A stretch of 60,602 nucleotides of DNA from Verrucomicrobiota bacterium (GCA_045046875.1 JASFYY010000020.1:1-60602), one strand, 5' to 3'. Counted from the first letter of the stretch, positions 18,198 through 27,634 are shown. The notes: generated from the sequence alone by a model not told the origin. A program made the numbers and translations.

Positions 18198-18824
18198 GTG
18201 AGCTCTAATTTTTCCAGACGACAACTCTTCAAATTACGTCTAGGTGACGTAGGCAACCTTGTGCGCCAGGCTCGCCAGAGCCTCGTAGAAAAAAACACAG
18301 AGGACGAGTCCCCCGCTGCAGAAAGCCCGGCCGAAAACATCAACATCATCCGCCCACCCGGCGCCCTTTCACCCGACAGCGATTTCCTTGCCACCTGCGA
18401 GCGCTGCCACGCCTGCGCCGACGCCTGCCCCCACGAAGGAGTGATTCAAACCTTCGGCCCCTCCCACGGAGCCAACGAAGGCAGCCCTTTCCTCACTCCC
18501 GGAGAAGCTCCCTGCCGCTGGTGCTTCGACACCCCCTGCATCAGCGCCTGCCCCAGTGATGCCCTGCAAATTCCTAAAACAGACAGCCACGAAGCGAAGC
18601 CCCTTGCCGCCATCGCCGCCGCCGTGCTCGATCTCGACAGCTGCCTCAATAATCAAGGCACCATCTGTGACACCTGCGCCCTGATGTGCCCGCCACACAT
18701 CAAAGCCATCAAGATGATCAGCCGCCAGCCCCACATCGACGTCGAGCTCTGCACCGGCTGCGGCATGTGCGCCTACTACTGCGAATCAGAGCCCGGCTCG
18801 ATCACGATTGTGCCGCTCTCTTAA
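18198..18824 (+). CDS. NapF/NapG-like ferredoxin 3
   Basis: SRRQLF start without a hydrophobic h-region, IRPPGA, CERCHACADACP, CRWC...CISACP, CDTCALMCP, CTGCGMCAYYC. Confidence 0.8.
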   Translation: MSSNFSRRQLFKLRLGDVGNLVRQARQSLVEKNTEDESPAAESPAENINIIRPPGALSPDSDFLATCERCHACADACPHEGVIQTFGPSHGANEGSPFLTPGEAPCRWCFDTPCISACPSDALQIPKTDSHEAKPLAAIAAAVLDLDSCLNNQGTICDTCALMCPPHIKAIKMISRQPHIDVELCTGCGMCAYYCESEPGSITIVPLS

Positions 18825-18884
18825 AGTTAACCGATATTCTGTGTCTCTCTGCGTTTCAGCCATCAGTTGAATACGAAAATCATC

Positions 18885-19463
18885 TTAAACTCCTCCCTCC
18901 CCTGAGAAAAACCTTTCCGCCCAGACAGGTATCCTCTCCAACGTTTTTTGAAAAACCTCACCAGATCGGAATTCACCCAATAGCCGAAAGGGAGTCTCAT
19001 ATGAGCTGTTATCATAAATGGTAACCCGCGGTAACAACGCGATGGCTCGTTCCAAATTATCCAAATTGCGCAAGTAACGAGCCACTATCTTTTCTTCCGG
19101 AACAGAATGCCCTCCTCGCTTGACACGAGATTTCACCCGCTTCACAGCCATAGCCGAATCCTCAATTCCAATAAATATCAATTGAACATCAAAACCCGCT
19201 TCAACCGCTCCCGCCAAAAATTCAACCTTCTCTCCCACAGGATCGGACAACACCGTTTCAGTCACAAAACTCTGTCCACGCTCGACCATCAAACGACGAA
19301 TAGCCGTCGTTTGTGATGCTGCTTCATATACACCCATGCCTGTTGATGCCCGCAAAACATCCGCGTTCAAAAAAGGAAGCTGCAAAGCAGACAAGTAAAC
19401 ACGGTGAAAAGTGCTCTTCCCTGCACCGTTGGGCCCAGCCAACATGATCAGAACCGGATCCAC
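18885..19463 (-). CDS. Zeta-toxin-family P-loop kinase/ATPase
   Basis: AGPNGAGKST Walker A, SFVTETVLS, RVKSRVKRGGHSVPE. Confidence 0.8.
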   Translation of the reverse strand: MDPVLIMLAGPNGAGKSTFHRVYLSALQLPFLNADVLRASTGMGVYEAASQTTAIRRLMVERGQSFVTETVLSDPVGEKVEFLAGAVEAGFDVQLIFIGIEDSAMAVKRVKSRVKRGGHSVPEEKIVARYLRNLDNLERAIALLPRVTIYDNSSYETPFRLLGEFRSGEVFQKTLERIPVWAERFFSGEGGV

Positions 19464-19741
19464 TACGGTTGAGAAACAATGTTAGCACTCGTTCTCTGAA
19501 TTTCCACCTGCGCTTTTTTGATACCGCTACTGCTTCCTACCACAGATAGGGCTTCATCAATTTTTTTACGGTCAACGGCAGCGAGCATCTTCTTTTCAGC
19601 AGGATAAGATAAGGCCACCTCCATCACCCGCCCTATTGCCGCCCAATGCTCAATTTGTTGAGGCGGCGAGCGATGGAACAACGCCGCCTGCTCCTTTGCC
19701 ACCTCGGCGAGTTCATCGCTAATGCGTATGGACTGACTCAT
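19463..19741 (-). CDS. ParD-like (RHH) antitoxin
   Basis: SIRISDEL...HRSPPQQIEHWAAIGRVME. Its stop overlaps the toxin start. Start taken at ATG 19741. Confidence 0.75.
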   Translation of the reverse strand: MSQSIRISDELAEVAKEQAALFHRSPPQQIEHWAAIGRVMEVALSYPAEKKMLAAVDRKKIDEALSVVGSSSGIKKAQVEIQRTSANIVSQP

Positions 19742-19751
19742 ACTTTTACGC

Positions 19752-19776
19752 TGTGGCAATTTACCACAATTGTCAA
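19752..19776 (-). promoter_or_regulatory. Putative autoregulatory operator and -35 box of the TA operon
   Basis: Near-palindrome TGTGGCAATTTACCACA (19752-19768) between a TTGACA (19771-19776, minus strand) and the antitoxin ATG. Confidence 0.5.
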
Positions 19777-19798
19777 TCAATATCACTATTCGACACCG

Positions 19799-19827
19799 CT
19801 CTCGCCGGGTGGGGACACCCGCGCTAC
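19799..19827 (-). repeat. REP-like palindromic element, family A copy 2
   Basis: Minus strand GTAGCGCGGGTGTCCCCACCCGGCGAGAG, hairpin CGGGTG/CACCCG. Confidence 0.7.
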
Positions 19828-19828
19828 G

Positions 19829-22654
19829 TCACTTCACCACCTTCATCACTCCGCGCATGATCCTCCAATGACCGGGGAAGGTGCAGATGTAGGGATACTC
19901 ACCGGGTTTGTCGGGGGCGAAAAAATTCAGGGTGTAAGAACGCGCAATGCCCAGGGTGATCTGCGGAGTGAAATGCAATACATCGGGATCGTCGGGCACG
20001 TAATTTTTATCCAAGCCGTCCGGTTGACCTGCCATCATGTCCGCTTTGGTTCCAATTTTGTCCAAAGCGCCCTCGTTCACGATCACCATGTTGTGATAAA
20101 GATTGTCCGGATTGCGGAACAGTAACTTCACCGCACTGCCGGCTTTCACCGAGAACTCCGTCGGCACAAATTTCAAATCAGGAGTTGCCGATACGGTCAC
20201 GCTCGAAAGCACACGATTGCTGTATTCCGGCGGCCACACACTGCTCGGGATGCGCCTCATCGCCTCGAGGGCGGAAAACGCCAGGGCGATGTTTTTCTCA
20301 GCGTATTTATCCGATGTCGCCACCAATAACTTAAGACTCTGCTGATCCTGTGATGGAAAACTGGCAATGGCCGGCATCATCGTCTTCACCAGACCTGCCG
20401 AGGATTTTTCCCCAGTGAGCAATTTGCTGAACCGTGGATACAAAGTATCCGGCGACTTGCCACGTCCCGCGCGGGTCACCGCCAAAGCCAACAAAGTATC
20501 GCTCTTTAACAAACGTCCTTCGCCACTGGCAGCGCCAGCACGCAATAACACCGCCTGCGCGCCCGTCCGCACACTGGTCGCCTTGCCTGCCGCCATCAGG
20601 GAAGCGATCGCATCAGCGTGTTTTTTGCTGTCCTCGATCGGCCAGGCCAACAACATCGCCTCCAAAGCCGGCAAAGCCTTATCCGGCGTTTTAGCCGTGC
20701 TTTTCTCCAGCCTTCCCAACAAATACTGCAAGGCATCTTTCTGCCCCGCTTGCCCCACCAGGTAATCCAAAGCGCGACGATGCTGGTCTGCTGCCAATTT
20801 AGAACGGCTAAGAATCTGATCCGCCACCGCCGGACTCAAGTCCATCGTCAACAGCCGCTGCTCATTCGAAAATGGCAGTAGAAAATCGCTTACTTTCTCC
20901 ACCGATGTATCCGTCTGACTAGTCAGATAAGTGAACACGTCATAAGCCGCGTTCACACAACCGGCATCCATCTCCTGATCCAGCACCAACGCCGCCACCG
21001 ACAGCGCCTTATCCACATCGGCATAAAAACTGAGATCAATCAAAGCCTCGAGCCTTACCCGTTGGGACGGGTCCTGGATCGCGGTTTTCAACAGAGCCAA
21101 TACCTCCTGCTGATCCATCTGCGTTTGCCAGTAGCGCAATACTCTTAACGCCGCGGTGCGCACATGATGATCCGGAGCCGCCAACACGGTTTTCAGCAAT
21201 CCCGTGTCGTAGTCATTGAAGTTCTGGTGCAACCACAGCGCTTCGATCAGTTTTTTGCCATCCTCTGGCTTGGATGTCGATAGGCCCGCGATCCACTTGT
21301 CCACCACTGGCAATACCTCACTGACCTTGCGCTGATGCAGTTCGTGGCGCGACAGATAACGCGCCCGCTCATTGCTGTGATTCAAGTTAGCCAACAAAGC
21401 GGGCACCTCTTCACCGTAAATTTTCGGCTGCCAGTCGAGCGGACGGGTTTTGTGAGTGATACGCCACACCCGGCCGTGCGTTTTGATATGCCGTGGATCA
21501 CGAAAGCTGTAAGTTGTATGACCAACAATCGGGTTATAATAATCCAAAATATAAAGCGCACCATCAGGCCCTATCTGCTGGGCAACGGGGCGGAACATGA
21601 TGTCACTGGTGGTCAGCAATTCGTTGTCCTCACCGTAAGGTTGGCTCGCTTTCACTCCCGAACCGCTCTCCTCCAATTTATACCAGCGCACCCCATGCCA
21701 ACCCTTCATTTGATTGGTCAAATACCAACCCCGCACTTCAGGTGGAAAGTGATTGGATGACAAAAACTCATTGCCGCAGGACGGGCGACGCCCGGAGGGC
21801 GTGAAAGAGACGTCATTGCGACGCCCCATCCAGTTGCCATACTTATCTGGTTTGGGGTAGGTAAAATTACTCGTCGTATGGGACATATAATAGTTCAACG
21901 CCGGTGAAGCATCGGCGAGAAAAGGTTGGCCCCAGCTATCAAAAACAATGCCCCAGACATTCGACCAACCAAAACTAGCGAACACCTCCAGCTTATTGTC
22001 GCGAGGATCATGACGGAAAACCGCTGCCTGATGCGCACGCACCGGCCCGTAAGTGGTCTCGACCTGGGTATTCAGAAACAATCCCTGGCCCGAATACAAA
22101 CGCCCGTCCGGTCCCCACTGGAAAGCCGAGATGAAGTGGTGATTGTCCTCAGTTCCAAACCCCTCCAGCATGATTTGTTTTTCATCCGCCTTGCCGTCCC
22201 CGTCGGTATCTGTCAAACGAACCAAGTTGGGTTCATCCGTGACATACACCGTCTTGCCTCCGTCCGCCACGGCCAGGCCCAGAGGCAAATACAAACCTTC
22301 GGCAAACACCGTGTGTTTATCCGCCTTGCCATCCTTGTCCGTGTCCTCAAGAACGATCACCGAGTCCTTGATCGGCACCCCAGGTTTGGCATGCGGTTGC
22401 GTCGGGATGTTGCCCACCCACAAACGCCCCCTTGAATCAAAGGTCATCGCCGCCGGACTGTGCAAGGGAAATTCAACTTCCGAAGCATATAGATTGATCT
22501 GGTAGTCAGGATGAAGTTTGAACTTCTTCATCGATTCCTGCGGCGTGAGCAAGGGCGCTGCCTCGCCACCAATCAAATCGGTAGCCCGGGCGCTTGAGTT
22601 AAAGCCCAACAGGCCCAAGGAAAATAATAACAGGGTGGAAAGAACAGGTTTCAT
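19829..22654 (-). CDS. PVC-type membrane-bound-dehydrogenase-like beta-propeller protein with HEAT-like repeats and a C-terminal azurin/auracyanin domain
   Basis: Signal peptide, LEDTDKDGKADK, TDTDGDGKADE, WGPDGRLY, GPDGALYILDYYN, HGRVWRI. C-terminal HNMV and YICTFPGHWRIM type-1 Cu ligands. Confidence 0.8.
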   Translation of the reverse strand: MKPVLSTLLLFSLGLLGFNSSARATDLIGGEAAPLLTPQESMKKFKLHPDYQINLYASEVEFPLHSPAAMTFDSRGRLWVGNIPTQPHAKPGVPIKDSVIVLEDTDKDGKADKHTVFAEGLYLPLGLAVADGGKTVYVTDEPNLVRLTDTDGDGKADEKQIMLEGFGTEDNHHFISAFQWGPDGRLYSGQGLFLNTQVETTYGPVRAHQAAVFRHDPRDNKLEVFASFGWSNVWGIVFDSWGQPFLADASPALNYYMSHTTSNFTYPKPDKYGNWMGRRNDVSFTPSGRRPSCGNEFLSSNHFPPEVRGWYLTNQMKGWHGVRWYKLEESGSGVKASQPYGEDNELLTTSDIMFRPVAQQIGPDGALYILDYYNPIVGHTTYSFRDPRHIKTHGRVWRITHKTRPLDWQPKIYGEEVPALLANLNHSNERARYLSRHELHQRKVSEVLPVVDKWIAGLSTSKPEDGKKLIEALWLHQNFNDYDTGLLKTVLAAPDHHVRTAALRVLRYWQTQMDQQEVLALLKTAIQDPSQRVRLEALIDLSFYADVDKALSVAALVLDQEMDAGCVNAAYDVFTYLTSQTDTSVEKVSDFLLPFSNEQRLLTMDLSPAVADQILSRSKLAADQHRRALDYLVGQAGQKDALQYLLGRLEKSTAKTPDKALPALEAMLLAWPIEDSKKHADAIASLMAAGKATSVRTGAQAVLLRAGAASGEGRLLKSDTLLALAVTRAGRGKSPDTLYPRFSKLLTGEKSSAGLVKTMMPAIASFPSQDQQSLKLLVATSDKYAEKNIALAFSALEAMRRIPSSVWPPEYSNRVLSSVTVSATPDLKFVPTEFSVKAGSAVKLLFRNPDNLYHNMVIVNEGALDKIGTKADMMAGQPDGLDKNYVPDDPDVLHFTPQITLGIARSYTLNFFAPDKPGEYPYICTFPGHWRIMRGVMKVVK

Positions 22655-23694
22655 TTGGAGGGTTTCAGTTTTTTCGCTGCAGAATGAATTTTTTGCTCAA
22701 GAGCGATGATCATTTTATCCCACTGCGCCATTTCCGGAGGATAGGAAATCACTCCAAAAGGATCCCGGCGACGGCCATAGACATATTCGCCATTGATCGG
22801 TCGCCAGCGGAAAAAGAACTGTTTGTTTTTCTCCACAATCAGTTTGCGTATTTCTTCAAGCTCATCCGACCAAGGATCCGTCATACCTAAACCAGTGGCC
22901 AAAATCTCCGCGACGATTTTCTGCCCATGGGCATTCAACTGCGAACCGTCGATGGTCAGCGGCTGATCCCGTGACGTTTTCATCTGACTCACACTCGCAG
23001 CAAACAGATCGACAAAACGCAGCTCGTTCTTTTTTGCAATCTCTCCAATTTGCTGAGTATAGATTTTAAGATTCTTATTTTGTCCGCTAGGATCCGGATA
23101 AGGAGCTCCTCGTTTTTCCTGCGCTATGGGCGATACCAGAATCAATCTCGGCGCTGTTTTGCCATTAAATTTTTTCTGTGACAGATGCTCGATCAGCACT
23201 TGGTAATTGGCGGTAAACTTAGCCAGGCCCGCTTTGCCTTTGAATGCTTCGTTAGCCCCGAAACACAGCAAAATCGTATCCGCTTGCTGCGCTTGCAAAT
23301 GGGCCATCAAAGTTTCGTGGTCGGCATCTGATTCAAAAGAAAAACCGTAACCCGGATCCGGATCATCCTCCACGCCGGTTCCAGCGGAAATCACAAAATT
23401 ATACGGCCGCGGCATCAGCGCCACCTCGTCTCCGGGCCAGGCCATATTACGCACGATCAAATCACGCTCACTTTCATGACGTGACAGCAGGGCTTCAAAA
23501 TAACCAAAATACTGCAAGCGTTCGGCAAAAGTGCCGCCGAGCAGAATCACACGCTCACCTTTGCCCGAGCCTAAAGGAGCGTCCGACTGAGCAGATGAAG
23601 GAAACAGGGAGAGCGCAGAAGAAATCAACAGGCTGGCCAAAACCAGGCCAAACCGCTGTCTCTGCCGAAATCGGCTTTTACTTGAGGGGGTCAT
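22651..23694 (-). CDS. SGNH/GDSL-fold exported protein
   Basis: VILLGGTFAER, RNMAWPGD, LCFGANE, LTIDGSQLN. 4-nt overlap with the downstream gene. Confidence 0.72.
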   Translation of the reverse strand: MTPSSKSRFRQRQRFGLVLASLLISSALSLFPSSAQSDAPLGSGKGERVILLGGTFAERLQYFGYFEALLSRHESERDLIVRNMAWPGDEVALMPRPYNFVISAGTGVEDDPDPGYGFSFESDADHETLMAHLQAQQADTILLCFGANEAFKGKAGLAKFTANYQVLIEHLSQKKFNGKTAPRLILVSPIAQEKRGAPYPDPSGQNKNLKIYTQQIGEIAKKNELRFVDLFAASVSQMKTSRDQPLTIDGSQLNAHGQKIVAEILATGLGMTDPWSDELEEIRKLIVEKNKQFFFRWRPINGEYVYGRRRDPFGVISYPPEMAQWDKMIIALEQKIHSAAKKLKPSK

Positions 23695-23747
23695 TATATA
23701 TCGATAGTGATTATGATTGGATCATTCTAGACCGGCATTGTTCAAAC

Positions 23748-23777
23748 AAAAAGCCCACCCGAATTTCTCAGGCGGGC
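23748..23777 (-). terminator. Rho-independent terminator
   Basis: Minus strand GCCCGCCTGA-GAAAT-TCGGGTGGGC followed by TTTTT. Confidence 0.65.
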
Positions 23778-23800
23778 CGATAAAAAGAATTCGCAAATCC

Positions 23801-24649
23801 TTATTTGCCCGAAGTCGCTTTTTCCATCGCCAGATTGGCCATGACCTGAATCGAACCTGCTGACAACGTCCCCAGGATACCCGAGCGTTTGCCATCCACA
23901 ATGCGTTCCAAAGTCACCCCAATCGGACTGCCACCCAGAGTGAACACCGGGATACCCTGGGCTGTCCCTGCCGTTGTGACGTAATAAGTGCGATCGCCTT
24001 TAAACACGCCGGTGATATGACCCATGATCACTGTTGGCATGTAGCTATAAACAGCCGACGAACGAGACAGACCCACCACATTGTCCGCAGCTTTAGCGGT
24101 GGTGGCAAATTTGGAAAGATCCACTGCAGTGAACGTCTTGCCTAATTTTTTAGCGGCAGCAGCATCCGGCAAAACAAACGCCAGATCAATCTCCGGGCGC
24201 TGGGCGATCACCCGGCCCGGCAATACCACCGCATCCCCATAACTGATTTCCACTTTTGAGAACTCGCTCTTGGCCGAAGCCACTGTCACAATCTTCGGTT
24301 TGCCGTCTTTACCTGCGATACGCACCTTTTGCTGCACCAAACCCACACTCGCGTCCAGTGCGCTGTTGGAGCATACGATCAAGCCATTTGGGAAAACCGT
24401 GGTGCCGAGCGTTCTCCGCTGCTGGGTTTTAGTCGGCAAAGGATCTCCGTCCGTGGTCGTGACCACCTTGCTCTCTGCTGTCACCACCACCAGAGCCCCC
24501 TTGTATTTATCCATCAGGGATCTCGCCGCATCATTCACCTCTTTTTGCGCGGATGCCTGATGGGGCAAAGCAAAAGCGAATGCGATTGAAAATAAAGCAG
24601 CTGCCTTGATAAGACCGCCAACTGAAAACGAAGGACTATTTTGTAACAT
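23801..24649 (-). CDS. Exported trypsin-like-fold protein, catalytic residues apparently absent
   Basis: Signal peptide, GTTVFPNGLIVCSNS, RPEIDLAFV, GIPVFTLGGSPIGV resemble the trypsin_2 scaffold. Confidence 0.6.
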   Translation of the reverse strand: MLQNSPSFSVGGLIKAAALFSIAFAFALPHQASAQKEVNDAARSLMDKYKGALVVVTAESKVVTTTDGDPLPTKTQQRRTLGTTVFPNGLIVCSNSALDASVGLVQQKVRIAGKDGKPKIVTVASAKSEFSKVEISYGDAVVLPGRVIAQRPEIDLAFVLPDAAAAKKLGKTFTAVDLSKFATTAKAADNVVGLSRSSAVYSYMPTVIMGHITGVFKGDRTYYVTTAGTAQGIPVFTLGGSPIGVTLERIVDGKRSGILGTLSAGSIQVMANLAMEKATSGK

Positions 24650-24776
24650 TGATCCGAATAGGTTGAGTATGAGAGAAAATTAGCAGAAAGAAGGCATGTT
24701 ATAACGGGTTCCCCCAGCCTTCCAAAGCTTTTTTGTTATTAAAACGGGTTTTGTGACGAAAATCCGCTCATTAAGC

Positions 24777-24817
24777 AAAAAAAAGCCCTCGAACTCGGTT
24801 TCCCAAGCATGAGAGCT
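24777..24817 (-). terminator. Rho-independent terminator after rpsD
   Basis: Minus strand AGCTCTC...TTGG-GAAA-CCGA...GAGGGCT plus a T run. Confidence 0.6.
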
Positions 24818-24878
24818 CTTGTTTTGCTCATCCTTGCCTTCGCTTTTACAAAGACACGGTGAGCGCGGTTTTTAGAGA

Positions 24879-25493
24879 TTAACGGGAATACAACTCAACC
24901 ACCAACTGCTCGTTGACCATTGGGTCGATTTCGTCACGCTCAGGTGCCCGGTTTACGGTTCCCCTGATCGCGTCGCGATCCATGGTCAACCACTCGGATT
25001 CAGGACGTGCCTGGGTAGAATCCAACAAACGCATCGCCAATTGGCGTGAACGATTACCTTCGCTAACGGTGACCACGTCACCCGATTTGCACTGGTAAGA
25101 AGGAATATCCACTTTCTGGCCATTCACCAGAATGTGCCCGTGATTAACAAACTGTCTCGACGCACGACGAGTCGTTCCCATTCCAAAACGGAAAACGATG
25201 TTATCCAAACGCATCTCCAACAATTCCAACAAAAGCAAACCCGTCACTCCACGGCGACGTTGAGCTTCAGCAAAATAACGACGGAATTGTTTTTCCATCA
25301 CACCATACTGAAAACGCAATTTCTGCTTTTCTCCCAGCGCGATCGAGTAATCCGAATGTTTACGACGACGTCCACCACGGGGTCCGTGCTGTCCGGGGCC
25401 GTAAGGACGGCGTTCCAATGCCTTTGAAGGGCCGAACAAAGGCACTCCAAAACGGCGGTTGATTCTTTCAATGGGTCCAGTGTATCTAGCCAT
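24879..25493 (-). CDS. rpsD: 30S ribosomal protein S4
   Basis: MARYTGP, PGQHG, LEMRLDN, VELYSR. Confidence 0.97.
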   Translation of the reverse strand: MARYTGPIERINRRFGVPLFGPSKALERRPYGPGQHGPRGGRRRKHSDYSIALGEKQKLRFQYGVMEKQFRRYFAEAQRRRGVTGLLLLELLEMRLDNIVFRFGMGTTRRASRQFVNHGHILVNGQKVDIPSYQCKSGDVVTVSEGNRSRQLAMRLLDSTQARPESEWLTMDRDAIRGTVNRAPERDEIDPMVNEQLVVELYSR

Positions 25494-25537
25494 GAGTCTT
25501 AATTAGAAAAAATTAATATGAAATGTGATATGAAACC

Positions 25538-26173
25538 CTACACACGACGTGCTTTAGGTGGGCGACAGCCGTTATGTGGCACCGGAGTGACATCAGTGAT
25601 CTTGGTGATTTCCACCCCGATCGCCTGAACCGCACGAACCGCAGATTCGCGACCCACACCAGGTCCTTTGACCCGCACTTCAGCCTGCTTCAAGCCGTGG
25701 CTCATTGCCTGGCGCAGAGCGTCCTGACAAACCAACTGACCCGCGTAAGCGGTGCTTTTTCTCGATCCACGGAAACCCAGTTTACCTGAGCTCGACCAAC
25801 CCAGGGAGTTGCCCTTTTGATCCGTGATCGTAACGATCGTATTATTAAAAGTCGCCCGCACATGAACAATGCCCGAGTGCACGTTCTTGCTGCTCTTAGA
25901 TTTAAGGATCTTCGGTGCATCCGCTTCGCTAGGATCCAGCTCCAGGAAAATATCCGCAGCGGTTTTTTCCTTTTTGGGCTCCTCGGCGGCTGGCACTTGA
26001 GCTGCTGCCGGTTTTTCCTCTGCTTTTTCAGCAGGTGCTTCCGTTGCTTTTTCAGCAGGTGCCGCTGCTGGTGCTTCTTTTGCTTCGACAGCTTTTTCCG
26101 CAGTTTTTTCCGCAGTTTTTTCCACTGCAGCGTCTTTCACCACTTCCTCTTCCTTTTCTGATTCTTCAGCCAT
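25538..26173 (-). CDS. rpsK: 30S ribosomal protein S11 with long acidic N-terminal extension
   Basis: [36 protein letters not shown]. Confidence 0.96.
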   Translation of the reverse strand: MAEESEKEEEVVKDAAVEKTAEKTAEKAVEAKEAPAAAPAEKATEAPAEKAEEKPAAAQVPAAEEPKKEKTAADIFLELDPSEADAPKILKSKSSKNVHSGIVHVRATFNNTIVTITDQKGNSLGWSSSGKLGFRGSRKSTAYAGQLVCQDALRQAMSHGLKQAEVRVKGPGVGRESAVRAVQAIGVEITKITDVTPVPHNGCRPPKARRV

Positions 26174-26210
26174 AATAGATGATCTTTCTCTGGTCTATAA
26201 AATTGCCCGA

Positions 26211-26609
26211 CTACTTAGCGCGCACCACACCAACCGTTCTGCGTTTGCCCTTACGGGTTCGACTGTTGGTAGAAGTTCTCTGTCCGCGCACTGGCAAGCT
26301 CTTACGGTGACGGATGCCACGGTAACAGTTGATCGAAGCGATACGCTTCATGTGTCCCTGCAGCTCCCGGCGCAAGTCACCCTCGATGAGCAATTTGCCG
26401 CCTTCACAATTGAGCGTTTCGCTCTCAGTGATCACATGAGCGATTTTGCTGATCTGCTCATCGCTCAATTCTCCGGTGCGGATGCCTGGCTCTACACCAG
26501 CTTGCTCCAAAATTCTTTTCGCCGTTGTCGGGCCAATGCCATAGACGTAAGGCAAAGATGCCTCAATCCGTTTTTCGTTTGGTATTTCTACTCCTAGCAA
26601 TCTTGCCAT
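26211..26609 (-). CDS. rpsM: 30S ribosomal protein S13
   Basis: MARLLGVEIP, YGIG, LPVRGQRTSTNSRTRKG. Confidence 0.97.
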   Translation of the reverse strand: MARLLGVEIPNEKRIEASLPYVYGIGPTTAKRILEQAGVEPGIRTGELSDEQISKIAHVITESETLNCEGGKLLIEGDLRRELQGHMKRIASINCYRGIRHRKSLPVRGQRTSTNSRTRKGKRRTVGVVRAK

Positions 26610-26662
26610 TGTATTTCTATGCCTCCTGGGATGGTAATTCGTTAAATAAAAACTTCCTAAAA

Positions 26663-26776
26663 TTATCCCTGACGCTGCTTGTGGCGCGGGTTGCTACAAA
26701 TAACACGCACAATGCCGTGTCGGCGAATGATCCGGCATTCAGTGCACATACGTTTTACAGATGGTCTGACTTTCAT
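26663..26776 (-). CDS. rpmJ: 50S ribosomal protein L36 (Zn-binding form)
   Basis: Below the ORF-track cutoff. Manual translation [37 protein letters not shown]. Confidence 0.95.
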   Translation of the reverse strand: MKVRPSVKRMCTECRIIRRHGIVRVICSNPRHKQRQG

Positions 26777-27067
26777 AGTTTTGTTTGCTGATTTTCCCTG
26801 GCCTTCTACCTGCTCACTCGTGTGAACTGATTCAACGCTTGATTCAAAATCCTAGCATCTGAAGCCCTTTCCAGCCGTAGCAAATACGGCGGGAGGGAAT
26901 CTGTATCACAACTTTGCCAAGAGGCAAGCTGTGTTTCCTCTTCAAATGACTGATTTTTATAAATTCTCACCAAATCAAGCTTTTTGAGCGTATTTTCCAC
27001 TCAAAACCAGCTATTTTTTAAAAAAAGGGTTCAAACAACCCTGAATTCAAGGAAACTCTACCACACG

Positions 27068-27481
27068 TCACAAGCCCAGCTCCCTCGATCTCCAATTCTC
27101 CAACAACAAACCCTCTACCCTTGTGAACTCTTTCACATGATCGGTGACCCATACTAGACCTAGAGCCAGCGCATGACCGGCCAACAGCGTATCATAAGCT
27201 CCAATTTTTCTTCCATCAGTTTCCAAATCCATACGAATTCTGGCCGCCGCCTTCGCCGCGCTCTCGTTCCACGCAAGCACGCTCATAGTATCGCACAGCA
27301 AACTTACTTTCTGCAGCTCAGCTTGTGGATCCCTTGATTTATGTGCCCCCGCTTCAAGCTCGAACATCGACACGCTGGAAATCGCACAGTCGTCAGGTGA
27401 CATCGATCTAAGCTGGGCGATCACTTCCTCCCGACCCCGCATGACATCGATGCACACATTGGTATCAAGCAAGTACCTCAC
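27068..27481 (-). CDS. vapC: VapC-family PIN-domain ribonuclease
   Basis: YLLDTNVC, ELEAG, IGAYDTLLAGHA, VTDHVKEFTRVEGL. Confidence 0.88.
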   Translation of the reverse strand: MRYLLDTNVCIDVMRGREEVIAQLRSMSPDDCAISSVSMFELEAGAHKSRDPQAELQKVSLLCDTMSVLAWNESAAKAAARIRMDLETDGRKIGAYDTLLAGHALALGLVWVTDHVKEFTRVEGLLLENWRSRELGL

Positions 27482-27485
27482 TGCA

Positions 27486-27534
27486 TGTAAATCCTTCGAC
27501 TGGTTTCATTTTAAATCCAGTCGAAGGATTTACA
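27486..27534. repeat. Perfect 18-bp inverted repeat with 13-nt spacer
   Basis: TGTAAATCCTTCGACTGG (27486-27503) / CCAGTCGAAGGATTTACA (27517-27534). Confidence 0.85.
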
Positions 27535-27634
27535 CAAACTCTAAATACAAACACGACTGAAGGAAAAACAGCAAATCCCGCTAAAGCTATAGATGCAACC
27601 CACCCGCAGAAATATCAACTCTAGTGAATGAATA

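Noticed and set aside
26806..27000. 64-aa ORF upstream of rpmJ as infA
   Set aside because: No IF-1 similarity. It is probably promoter/leader DNA.
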